NCBI GenBank assembly: GCA_049297775.1
Contig: JBAQUX010000017.1
Location: forward strand, 21,337 to 85,336
DNA: 64,000 nt
From: Minisyncoccia bacterium
GTDB lineage: Bacteria > Patescibacteriota > Minisyncoccia > Phycocordibacterales > UBA2100
Reading direction: 5' to 3'
A program made the position numbers and the translations under genes. The notes beneath the pieces are model-generated. The model saw only the letters and a list, made by a program, of their open reading frames with translations. It was not told the DNA's origin and searched no databases. The stretch's first letter is position 1; each line of letters begins with the position of its first letter. Positions 49,437-58,333 of the stretch are shown here, piece by piece.

Positions 49437-49527
49437 ATAATGAAGGCTCGTCAGCGTAAAAATTTCTGCGAACGTGGAATAGTATACAGATTGGCATCTG
49501 CATTTTTTTTTGCTATTCTACCCGTAT

Positions 49528-49598
49528 TGCTAGATCGTCTAATGGTAGGACAGCGCCCTCTGAAGGCGTTTATCTTGGTTCGAGTCCAAGTCTGGCAG
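49528..49598 (+). tRNA. tRNA-Gln (anticodon CTG), CCA not encoded
   Basis: Acceptor TGCTAGA/TCTGGCA with U1-A72, D arm GTCT..GGAC, anticodon stem GCGCC/GGCGT with loop CTCTGAA, T arm CTTGG TTCGAGT CCAAG, discriminator G. Confidence 0.75.
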
Positions 49599-51275
49599 CA
49601 AAGTAAACGAGTGAGCATCTAAACTGCTCTCACAGGCTTGTATAGAGCCAATTCTTTGTGGTTCTAACCTCGCATTAAGCGATTCTGCTACATTTGATAC
49701 GTTTTTAATGCCCAGTAGTGCTGCGGGCAAGCAAATACTGAGTTTTTTATCCTTGAGCGTGAGGTTCGAGCCAAGACCTTCAAGAACTTCTTTTTTAGCT
49801 TGCGGGTCGTTACTCGTAAGTTTCTCTTTTGCGTGTGTTGCAAAGTCTAAATATCCATTCGCAATGCCGGCCCAGTCGATTGCACGTTCGTGTACTTGTT
49901 GTGATGTATAGCGCACGTTGTTTAACTCCTTCTCTACTACACCTCGAGTTGCCAGTAGTTGCTCTGAACTAATCTCACCACTTGCTCGCATCATAACGAG
50001 GTTGTCCAGCTTTTTCATAAGTTCTGTCTCGCGCTTGCGGTTCTGCTGCACGATATGCTCTTGGTCATCAATTTCATTTCTGTGCAGATACTTTATTCCC
50101 TCGATTGCCCATTCATAGAAATCCTTCTCAATATGAATCTTTTGAACTTCCGCGAGTATCTGTGCTTCTAACTCTGCGGACTCCATGTACGGCTGCGCAC
50201 AGGCACCTCGCTTTTGCGTACAACGGTAATATGTTTTGTCTACAACCTTTAAACCTTTCATATCACTCGCATCGGTCCCACAGCGCGGGCACGCTGTAGA
50301 AATACGCATCGAAAACTTTTCTTTGCATTTGGGGCATCGAGCGTGCACTTTTCGTTCTGCCGTAATTGAACAGCCACATTCGCCGCAGTGTATATTTCCC
50401 CTAAATGGAAAAGTGTAAGTATTTATTTTTGTCGGCTTTCCACGCCTTCCAAGGAGTCTCTGGACCGTATTGAACTCGTATTCAGACACCATCACTTCAT
50501 GCTTCCCAATAAATTGGCCCTTATTGCCCTCTTCATCGTTCCACTCGAAATGCCCATAGTAGAAAGGGTTTGTGAAGATGTTGTAATAGCTTGCACGCGA
50601 ATAGATTTGACCACTCTTGTTCTTTAAGCCCAAAGCATCTCCCTCGCGCTTAATATCTGGCACAGAATACTGCCCAGAAATCATCTTCTTCCAAAGAACT
50701 TTCACAATTCCAAACGAATCAGACCGAACAATCTGATCTCCAAGCTTACCTTTGCCGCGGTGCGCGTAGCCTGGCGGCAATACAGACGCAGGGAACCATC
50801 CAAGTGAGGCTTTATATCTCTGACTGCGCTTTACGTCCGTACTTAAATCTTTTACATATTGATTCGACATGCCAAGCTCTACTGCCATCATCATGATATT
50901 GTCTGCAGGCTTGTAGACCCCAGAATGTGTTTGTATGTAAGCAATTTTTCCACTCTGCAACATGTGAATGATCTTCCCGCCATCTACAAAGTTTCGCGCG
51001 AGGCGATTTATCTTCCAACAGATAATCCCATTTGCCTCACCCTTTTCAATCCTTTTCAACATTGCATTAAAGGCGGGCCGTGCCTCTGGCTCTTTAGCGG
51101 ACTTGCTTTCCAAAATAACGTCGAGGATGTTTATCCCTAGTTTTAAAGCTAGGGACTTCATTTCACTTACTTGGTTATCAAGCGACAGGACCTGCTTATC
51201 CTCAGTGTCCGTAGACTTTCTTCCATACAGAAAGCACTTTATATCTCTACTTTTCAGGGGGTTAAAGTTGTTCAT
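49539..51275 (-). CDS. Large serine recombinase (integrase), 3' end overlapping tRNA-Gln
   Basis: N-terminal resolvase-type catalytic domain (FLYGRKSTDTEDKQ with catalytic Ser; ICWKINRLARN), recombinase domain, Cys-rich zinc-ribbon (CGECGC..CPKC..CPRCG), C-terminal coiled coil. Confidence 0.85.
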   Translation of the reverse strand: MNNFNPLKSRDIKCFLYGRKSTDTEDKQVLSLDNQVSEMKSLALKLGINILDVILESKSAKEPEARPAFNAMLKRIEKGEANGIICWKINRLARNFVDGGKIIHMLQSGKIAYIQTHSGVYKPADNIMMMAVELGMSNQYVKDLSTDVKRSQRYKASLGWFPASVLPPGYAHRGKGKLGDQIVRSDSFGIVKVLWKKMISGQYSVPDIKREGDALGLKNKSGQIYSRASYYNIFTNPFYYGHFEWNDEEGNKGQFIGKHEVMVSEYEFNTVQRLLGRRGKPTKINTYTFPFRGNIHCGECGCSITAERKVHARCPKCKEKFSMRISTACPRCGTDASDMKGLKVVDKTYYRCTQKRGACAQPYMESAELEAQILAEVQKIHIEKDFYEWAIEGIKYLHRNEIDDQEHIVQQNRKRETELMKKLDNLVMMRASGEISSEQLLATRGVVEKELNNVRYTSQQVHERAIDWAGIANGYLDFATHAKEKLTSNDPQAKKEVLEGLGSNLTLKDKKLSICLPAALLGIKNVSNVAESLNARLEPQRIGSIQACESSLDAHSFTLLPDLDSNQDKRLQRALSYH

Positions 51276-51328
51276 GGTTTTTGACTAGGTTGTTAAAGTA
51301 TACAAGAAAGTTTTGACTGGCGAAAATA

Positions 51329-51550
51329 TTACAATTTCCCCGAAACATTTTTCACAGAACTTATAAAGCGCATTAACCTCAATCCCTCTTCCTGAGCACA
51401 TTCATAGGATATATCTACACCAAAGTGTAACTTGTATAAACTCATGTATTTGAGTATATGTTCCTTTGGTAATACCATGTTTGTTTTGAAAACTTCTCCC
51501 TGCTTCTGGAGTATCAAAGGAATACGGTGAGGGAAGCTGTGTGTGGGCAC
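51329..51550 (-). CDS. Hypothetical small protein (73 aa)
   Basis: Only ORF between integrase start and a 340-nt ORF-free stretch; weak support. Confidence 0.25.
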   Translation of the reverse strand: MPTHSFPHRIPLILQKQGEVFKTNMVLPKEHILKYMSLYKLHFGVDISYECAQEEGLRLMRFISSVKNVSGKL

Positions 51551-51889
51551 AGATTCTCTTGTGTTGTCATTTTCTTCTCCCTGCCCCTGGATACACCATT
51601 AGGTTTCCGGCGATTTAGAAGACATATCAGCATTGTCTCCGTTGGGAAGTTTCTCTGTTTATGCCGCGTGTCAGTTTGGATTATATGCTGTGTTTATGGC
51701 GGGCATACGAGTACCACAAACACCAAACTGATCTATTTTAAAGTGCTCATCCCTCGGTCCAAGCACTTACGATGTTGACAACATCACGTATATTTCACTC
51801 GCTACACACACATCGCGTAGTAATGCGAGGTCCTTTAGCCTTACTCCTGCAAGGCATGGTCAAAGAATATATTTTGCTAGGTTAAAAAA

Positions 51890-51925
51890 ATATGCAAAAT
51901 AAGGTCGCGACCTTATTTTGCATAT
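51890..51925 (-). terminator. Perfect 36-nt palindrome (atatgcaaaataaggtcgc|gcgaccttattttgcatat) overlapping the stop of 51913..52665; T-run on the minus strand
   Basis: 18-bp perfect stem without loop spacer, followed by TTTTTTT on the minus strand. Confidence 0.55.
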
Positions 51926-52665
51926 TTCCTTATTTCGTCCCTTATTTCCTTGCGTATTCTTAATATATGAGCCTGCTCATACTTTTTCCCAAACTTTGAT
52001 TTCACGCTGTCACTAAGTTTACCGATACCCAACTCGACATTCTTCCGAATATGCTCCCTCAACTCTTGGGATGATTCCTTTGGCCTTCGTGCTATTCCGA
52101 GTTTCACCTTAGGATTTTTGTGATATTTTTGCATCGGCAAAATCTCTCTCTGGTACTGATTCTTTACAAAACTAAGAATATCTTCCTTTGACACATATGG
52201 TGAAATGAGAATGGCGACAGGGTGATTTTGTACATTATGGCGAAGACCGTCTTCAAAAACTTGCTTCTCCTCTTTGTCCCAGTGCGGACCATTCAACTCT
52301 AACTGTATATTTACAGTTTGGATAAGTCCGTGCATTTGCAAATCTAGAGAGCCGCTCGGAAGCCAATCGTTGTAACATACATAATAAGAAAAAGTTTCAA
52401 CCCATATTGGCTCGAGCTTGAGCTTTTCGAAAACAATCTTTTCTATATCCTGGTAGAATTGTTTAGGAAGCGATGGTGTAGTTATGTTTTTCTCCTTACC
52501 GGGGAATCCTTTAACGCGAGCAAATGTTTCGTACCCACCCAACGGGATACCGTACTTTTTTCTTATCTTCCTAATTGATTCTGAAAGAGGGCGTTTTTCA
52601 ACCGTACTCATTAAATAGCTCCACACTTTTTGGTTTGGGTCTTGCATACGGATTGTGTCACTCAC
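51913..52665 (-). CDS. Hypothetical protein (250 aa, Lys-rich C-terminus)
   Basis: Clean ORF with strong terminator; no recognisable family. Confidence 0.5.
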   Translation of the reverse strand: MSDTIRMQDPNQKVWSYLMSTVEKRPLSESIRKIRKKYGIPLGGYETFARVKGFPGKEKNITTPSLPKQFYQDIEKIVFEKLKLEPIWVETFSYYVCYNDWLPSGSLDLQMHGLIQTVNIQLELNGPHWDKEEKQVFEDGLRHNVQNHPVAILISPYVSKEDILSFVKNQYQREILPMQKYHKNPKVKLGIARRPKESSQELREHIRKNVELGIGKLSDSVKSKFGKKYEQAHILRIRKEIRDEIRKYAK

Positions 52666-52897
52666 AATTTTAGTCCCTATATGATAAAATAACCAGTACG
52701 CCCTGGAAGGGGTGGCACCTAACCCTATTCATCTCACGATGAGCAGGTATGGTGCACAGTCGCAAAAAGCATAGAAAACCCGTCATTGGGGTGCTTTTTG
52801 CGCCGTACAGGGAAACTTGTATGAGGGAGAAATCCCTACCTTCAGTGGCGGGTTTTTTGAGTGCCACGTTTTGCTTATCAATTTTCATTACAAAAAC

Positions 52898-53092
52898 ATG
52901 AATATAAAATGCGCACTCATTGCATTCATTGCCTACCTGGTACTCCTTATGATCGTAGTCACCTCTGGCATGGCGCATGGATCATCCGACATCGTAAGTA
53001 TGTTACTTGTTCTGGTTGCGATAGGAGTATATAAGCTGTGCGCAGTATACGAACCTAATGACAAGCAAGAGGAGAAAACAATCAAAGAATAA
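52898..53092 (+). CDS. Small 2-TM membrane protein
   Basis: MNIKCALIAFIAYLVLLMIVV.. start at ATG 52898 inside the ORF 52817..53092. Confidence 0.35.
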   Translation: MNIKCALIAFIAYLVLLMIVVTSGMAHGSSDIVSMLLVLVAIGVYKLCAVYEPNDKQEEKTIKE

Positions 53093-53094
53093 CT

Positions 53095-53478
53095 GTGAAA
53101 GACCCCGACTCGCTTTTATATGAATATTTGCAAGCATGCGCTGACCTATTACATGCGCAGTCTGTGAAAGATAAGTTCAAATGCAAACAGTATCTAGTCA
53201 TAACGACAATCCTCTTTTTTGCGGTCGCATGTATTGTGTTCGCAGTGGTTGACCGCTTATCATTCTGGGACCTAAGCATAATCATACTGCCCCTCTTATT
53301 TTTGGGCGCACCCCTTCCGTTCGAAGCTCACAGCAGCTATAGCCATAACAAATCCAATGCACTGGAAATTGAGGGTATATTGAGCAAATGGCAACGCAAA
53401 TATTCAGACGAAAGGATTACAGCAGAAATACATATCCTCAGGAAAGAAGCCGAGTCCATACTAAAAAAATATGAATAA
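53095..53478 (+). CDS. Hypothetical membrane protein (2 TM)
   Basis: 127 codons, 8-nt overlap with the next gene (operon). Confidence 0.45.
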   Translation: MKDPDSLLYEYLQACADLLHAQSVKDKFKCKQYLVITTILFFAVACIVFAVVDRLSFWDLSIIILPLLFLGAPLPFEAHSSYSHNKSNALEIEGILSKWQRKYSDERITAEIHILRKEAESILKKYE

Positions 53479-54211
53479 CGAATCCGGACTAGTGGCACTG
53501 ATGAAGTACGTTGAAGGCTCGGGCATGTGTCTCGAACACACCTGCACCACCTGCGGCAACCAAGACTTCCGCACCGCTCTCGCTTTTGTTGCCTATGGCC
53601 ACAGTCCCGCGAATAAACAAGACTGGACAGAGACAACGAAAAGCCATGACAGCACAGCGATACCGCTTTTGTATAGAGGTAACACGCAAACCCACCTACA
53701 AAACAAGCTGCTAGAGGCGATAAAAGGCACTCTCTGGCACGAAACTGTGCGTGTAGCACCAAAGTCCTGGTTCGATATGATGCGCATCATTCTGGACAGT
53801 TTTAGGGGTAATAAACGAGCAAAGGATGTCTCAATGGTTATCGCACGTGACATGCTGCAAGTTGCCGTACCCGGGACCGAACTGCATACACAGCTTGAGC
53901 GAGTCGCAGCAGTTGATACTGCTGATGTTCTCACAGGCACGCTACTGCTACTGTTTGCGCGAGAGGACAGAAGAAACGACACGCCGGAGAGCATGAATAG
54001 ACTCGAAGAGATAAACAAGCGCGCAGGCTCGCTATCACTTGCAGATGTAGAGATTCTCACCGATGCGGAGGTTTTGAGTATGTCGGTCCCACGCCCGGGG
54101 CACCCGACACATCGTGGTTTTATGCTCAATCCCAAGTATTTCAAAGACCAAGAGCACTTCTCGCAGATTACTCACACGCTCATGCAGCGACTAATGCGTA
54201 TCAAGCACTGA
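53471..54211 (+). CDS. Hypothetical protein with CxxC cluster (CLEHTCTTCGN)
   Basis: 246 codons, no recognisable family. Confidence 0.5.
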   Translation: MNNESGLVALMKYVEGSGMCLEHTCTTCGNQDFRTALAFVAYGHSPANKQDWTETTKSHDSTAIPLLYRGNTQTHLQNKLLEAIKGTLWHETVRVAPKSWFDMMRIILDSFRGNKRAKDVSMVIARDMLQVAVPGTELHTQLERVAAVDTADVLTGTLLLLFAREDRRNDTPESMNRLEEINKRAGSLSLADVEILTDAEVLSMSVPRPGHPTHRGFMLNPKYFKDQEHFSQITHTLMQRLMRIKH

Positions 54212-54440
54212 TTTTGTACGTAACCGTCACAACTCAGACAATTCCTTCAGGCCTGGTCTTTTCCGTCACTTTCCGTCATGACGGATTGCAACTTAACTTT
54301 TACACTTCTACGGCTTAAGTCTTGGAGGCTGGGTGACGGATTCTCCCACAAAACCTTCAGTCCTAGCGAATAATCTAAGCTGTATGTGCAGATTCGGCTC
54401 GTGTAGTTGTATCGTCTCGATTTAGGTCTATACTTGCCCT

Positions 54441-54659
54441 ATGTATATCCTCACACAGTACTTCATAACCTTCGGTTGGGCACTTACCGCCGCCCTCTCT
54501 ATGGCTGTTGCTATTAGCATTGGTCTTAAGATATTCACCTACCTTTCTCCTATTGATGAATGGGGAGAAATAAAGAATGGCAACATGGCTATGGCTGCAA
54601 TTCTTGTCGCCACCATTCTCGGTATGGCATACGTAGTAGCTGCTACCATTAACGCATAA
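54441..54659 (+). CDS. DUF350-like small 2-TM membrane protein
   Basis: 72 codons, two hydrophobic helices separated by EWGEIKNGN loop. Confidence 0.45.
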   Translation: MYILTQYFITFGWALTAALSMAVAISIGLKIFTYLSPIDEWGEIKNGNMAMAAILVATILGMAYVVAATINA

Positions 54660-54661
54660 CT

Positions 54662-54985
54662 ATGAAAGCTGTGGTGTGTCTCACTCTTGTACTTCTTGTC
54701 GCTCCCGCGGTTACATTTGCACACCCGGGTAGAACAGATGCTAGTGGGTGCCACACTAACAAGAAGACCGGTGAGTATCACTGTCACGGCACTACCCCAG
54801 ATGTTCGCACCGCCCGGACCGAGGCACGATCAGAAGCTCGTAATATCTATGACAAGGATTGCAAAGACTTCCATACACAACAAGAGGCGCAGGACTTCTT
54901 TATTTCACAGGGAGGTCCCACTTCAGACTCACATGACTTGGACCGAGATCATGATGGTGTGGCATGTGAAGACTTACGGAAATAG
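54662..54985 (+). CDS. Secreted protein with C-terminal Excalibur calcium-binding motif (DLDRDHDGVACE)
   Basis: Signal peptide; DxDxDGxxCE motif at C-terminus. Confidence 0.6.
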   Translation: MKAVVCLTLVLLVAPAVTFAHPGRTDASGCHTNKKTGEYHCHGTTPDVRTARTEARSEARNIYDKDCKDFHTQQEAQDFFISQGGPTSDSHDLDRDHDGVACEDLRK

Positions 54986-54987
54986 CC

Positions 54988-55497
54988 ATGAAGGGTATGT
55001 ACATAGTCGTAGGTGTTTTGGTATTGCTCGCAATGCTTTCCGGCGGCACGAACACTGTTGAAAAAGCCGGTGAAGCAGAGTCTGAGGCACATTCATTTGC
55101 AGTAAGCACACCTACCGCAACCCCGAGTACATATAACAACTACACGGGAGAGTACGATGAGCCCGAAGACATAACAATAGATCGTGTTGATGCAATATAT
55201 GATCATTGGGACGAGATCCGTGAGTATGTTAATGGCTCAGAGACAATAGAGGCATGTTCCTCCTCAAGTGGTAACTGTTATGACTTGGATGCTGATATAT
55301 CATCCGGCTCTATAGAGCAGATAGGCTTCGAGAATGGAGGATATCTCTACTTTTCAGCAGAGATTGATTCAGATGGAAATGCATCTGACACTGATGTGCG
55401 AGGTGACAGTTGGGATTTTACATTAGATATGGACTCTTCTATCGTTGATGATGCCGTACAGGAGTGGGCAGACTATGAAGGGTATGAGGTGGAGTAG
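54988..55497 (+). CDS. Secreted acidic (Asp/Glu/Ser-rich) protein
   Basis: Signal peptide, highly acidic low-complexity body. Confidence 0.5.
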   Translation: MKGMYIVVGVLVLLAMLSGGTNTVEKAGEAESEAHSFAVSTPTATPSTYNNYTGEYDEPEDITIDRVDAIYDHWDEIREYVNGSETIEACSSSSGNCYDLDADISSGSIEQIGFENGGYLYFSAEIDSDGNASDTDVRGDSWDFTLDMDSSIVDDAVQEWADYEGYEVE

Positions 55498-55499
55498 TC

Positions 55500-57791
55500 T
55501 CACATATTGTCAACCGTTGTCGCTTCATTTGCCAACGAGATACTCCCAGGACCTTCATCTGTTGAATCTTCCTTATCTAAAAAGAGCAACTCTCTTTCGT
55601 TCAATTTAGCTATGACTGGCTGTTTCAACTTCAATGCCTTTCCGATTATTATCGCATGTCTATCATCAAGTGTGGGAAGAATATTAGAGAAATCTGAACC
55701 GATATAGTTTTCTAGAAACTGTTTACCAGTGTCATCGAATACTCGCAAAGCGAATATTGTATTGCACTGATTCAAAATACTTTTACTTATATTTGCAGTG
55801 CGCTGAGTAACTACCATACTACCAAGACCGTACTTTCTTCCTTGCAATATAACTCTCGCCGTACCATTTGCAGCACTCTTGTCACCCTCATTTGCAACTG
55901 AGTTCCATTCTGGTATCAACGAATGAGCCTCTTCGTACACCAAAAATGCTTTTGCCTTTTCGGTTAAACCAGAGTCTCTACAGATTTCTAAAACTGTCTC
56001 GGACAATATCCGCGTAATCTCTGCAACAGACATCTCAGAGAATGGTGCGTACATCGACCAATTTTTCCCATCAAGTTGTCCGTTTTTTACATTCTCTTCT
56101 TGCTTCAGCGCAGTGATCTCCTCTGGATTTACTACTAAAACTCTTTTGGTGTTTTCTGTACTAAAAAATGCACCAAGCGCAGACCTCAGACATTCTTTGA
56201 GCAATTCAATGTCTCCACCGTCATGCTTAGAAACTTTTGGGATAGTTCTTGTTGTTTGCGTCGCAAGTTCGCTATTTAGTGTGGAAGTATCGAAAACCTA
56301 AAGTGCATCTTCTTGCAGGTATCGAGGTAAGCCGTGACTTTTATTCGCATACTGTCCTGTAATATCTATACATATTATTTTTGTCTCAGTTTTAGCACAA
56401 AGCTTTTGTATAAGTTCAAATGTTAAACATGACTTTCCTACACCAAGAATACCCAAAATAGCAGTATTATGTGTCACCAACGCATCGTAATCAGCAATTT
56501 GCATAACAAAATCTGTCCCCGGAAGTCTGCCGATACTATCTCCAGGTTTTATTTCCGCATGATTTTCCTGCGCGAATAGAGGCGCATACCCGTCCGGAAC
56601 CCATTTTGCCGTTAGTATTTCCTTTTTCTCTACGCTATATGTGCCAAGTTTTCTTGCGACACCCACAAGATATGAGTCGTTGTCGTGCCCAATGAGGTCA
56701 TCTCGTTTAGTAAATCCATCAAGTACTTGATATAGAACGTCTACGTTTCTAACCATAGAGCTCACAATCATCCCTTCTGTGATTTGAGAGCCCACATCGT
56801 TATTAAATATTCTAAACTGGACTTTATTAATATGTGAGTCTGGTAGAACATACCCTACGAGTGACTTACGGTTTTTGTATAACTCTGTGTTTTGTATGCG
56901 CCCCAGAGTTTCTGAATCAATATCCGCAGCATTCATTTTATATGCCTTATGGCTCGAGGTAATGTTTGTAGTTTCTGATTCAAAAACTTCACTGGTTAGC
57001 TCAGAAAGTACATGAACTAAAATCCAATTTTTGTCCAGTAGCATATTTTTTTGTACGACCACACCAAAACTCTTCTCCCCACGCTCATGAATCCTAACAA
57101 GGTCGCCCAAAGACACACTTTCTTGTGTATTCCTTGGATCTATTTCAACCTTAAATACGTATTTACTCTCATTACCAATTACTTTTCCTAAATATGTTTC
57201 TCGATCCCAAAGATTTCTCAAAAACTTAAATATGCCATCAATGACGTTTTCAACCAGGAAGCCTGAGATGAATACTACCCAAAAAGAAAAGAGTAAAATC
57301 TGGGCCACTTTATCTGATTGAAAATATGAGAATGTGGTGCTCAAGTAGATAACCGAATAAGCGACTTTTGATCTACCGAAATAAGTTAAGATGTTGCCGA
57401 AGATGTCAAAATATTTTGAATGTTCATATTTCCTAACAAGTAGTATGTAAAGGACGGAAAGTCCAACAAGCATTGAGGCGCACCCAATGAGAAAATCTCG
57501 CCCAATATATGCGTCAATGTCGTTTATGCCTAAGAGGAAGAGCAGGACACCAGTTGCATTAACCAGAACATCTGTAACTTTTGTAAAAAAAGGCTCGGCA
57601 ACATATGCGCCAAAAATAAGGAGTAGTCCGCCTGACACAAATATTTTGTTATACTGTGTTGAACTATCCAATATTGCCCAGAAATCTCCACCGGTTAGGT
57701 ACGTCAAGATTCCTAGTAGTACAAGTATATACACAACCACAACTAAAATCCTTTCTTTGAATCCCAGCTCTATTTTGGCTAGTGAAGACAT
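55500..57791 (-). pseudogene. Membrane-anchored HerA/FtsK-superfamily P-loop ATPase interrupted by a single in-frame TAG (56298-56300)
   Basis: N part (56298..57791): six TM helices, HAS-barrel-like segment, Walker A GILGVGKS. C part (55500..56204): Walker B FLVYEEAH and VVTQRTANISKS (TQRP-like) motif. Both parts are in the same frame; 31 sense codons lie between the TAG and the called TTG start. Confidence 0.7.
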
Positions 57792-57879
57792 GTCGAGAAG
57801 TATATCACTTTGCTTTATTTTTCGCCTTGGATGATTTTTCTACACTCATCCGTCCGAGAGAATAACGATCCTAACCTCC

Positions 57880-58284
57880 CTAAGGGTAGAGACTCGCGTA
57901 GTATTGTGCAATCTTCGTCATATCCGACTCAAAACGTTCCTTATCATCTTTGAATAAGCTCTGGGAACCAAACAGCGGTGAATCTGGCTCTGAAAAAACG
58001 TAAAAATCCCCCTGTACTGCTTCGCAGTGTGGGCATACATTTGCCCAATATTCACTATCACTCATTTGTGTGTAGCTTACTTTTACAGTTTTCGGTATTG
58101 GCTCAGGAGGTACTGATGGCTCATCTGCCCACTCATCTTCAGGCCACACGAACGCAACCATCTCCCCTTTACATTTCCAGCATTTATAGGGAGCGTAGCG
58201 GTATTTATATCCTTCAGGTAACGACACCTTAGTTGCCTCAGATATACGATTTATTACCAATAGAAACTGTTCGAGATTTTCCAT
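57880..58284 (-). CDS. Small zinc-ribbon protein (CWKC ... CPHC)
   Basis: 134 codons with two CxxC pairs; co-oriented between the 1011-aa gene and the ATPase. Confidence 0.55.
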   Translation of the reverse strand: MENLEQFLLVINRISEATKVSLPEGYKYRYAPYKCWKCKGEMVAFVWPEDEWADEPSVPPEPIPKTVKVSYTQMSDSEYWANVCPHCEAVQGDFYVFSEPDSPLFGSQSLFKDDKERFESDMTKIAQYYASLYP

Positions 58285-58333
58285 ATTTTATGATAGATCA
58301 CTGAAACTATTGCTTGCAAATAGATTTATTGCT

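Noticed and set aside
49528-49598. tRNA next to the amber-interrupted gene as a possible amber suppressor
   Set aside because: The anticodon loop reads CTCTGAA, giving anticodon CTG (Gln, reads CAG), not CTA. RF1 is present in the window.
53593-54144. 183-aa minus-strand ORF inside 53471..54211
   Set aside because: Antisense shadow with low-complexity Ser/Ala-rich translation. The plus-strand gene is co-oriented with its operon.
55500-57791. Two ATPase ORFs read as a frameshift between different frames
   Set aside because: Coordinate arithmetic and direct translation show both halves are in the same frame, separated only by TAG at 56298-56300. The C part appears to start with TTG only because the ORF track begins at the first start-like codon.
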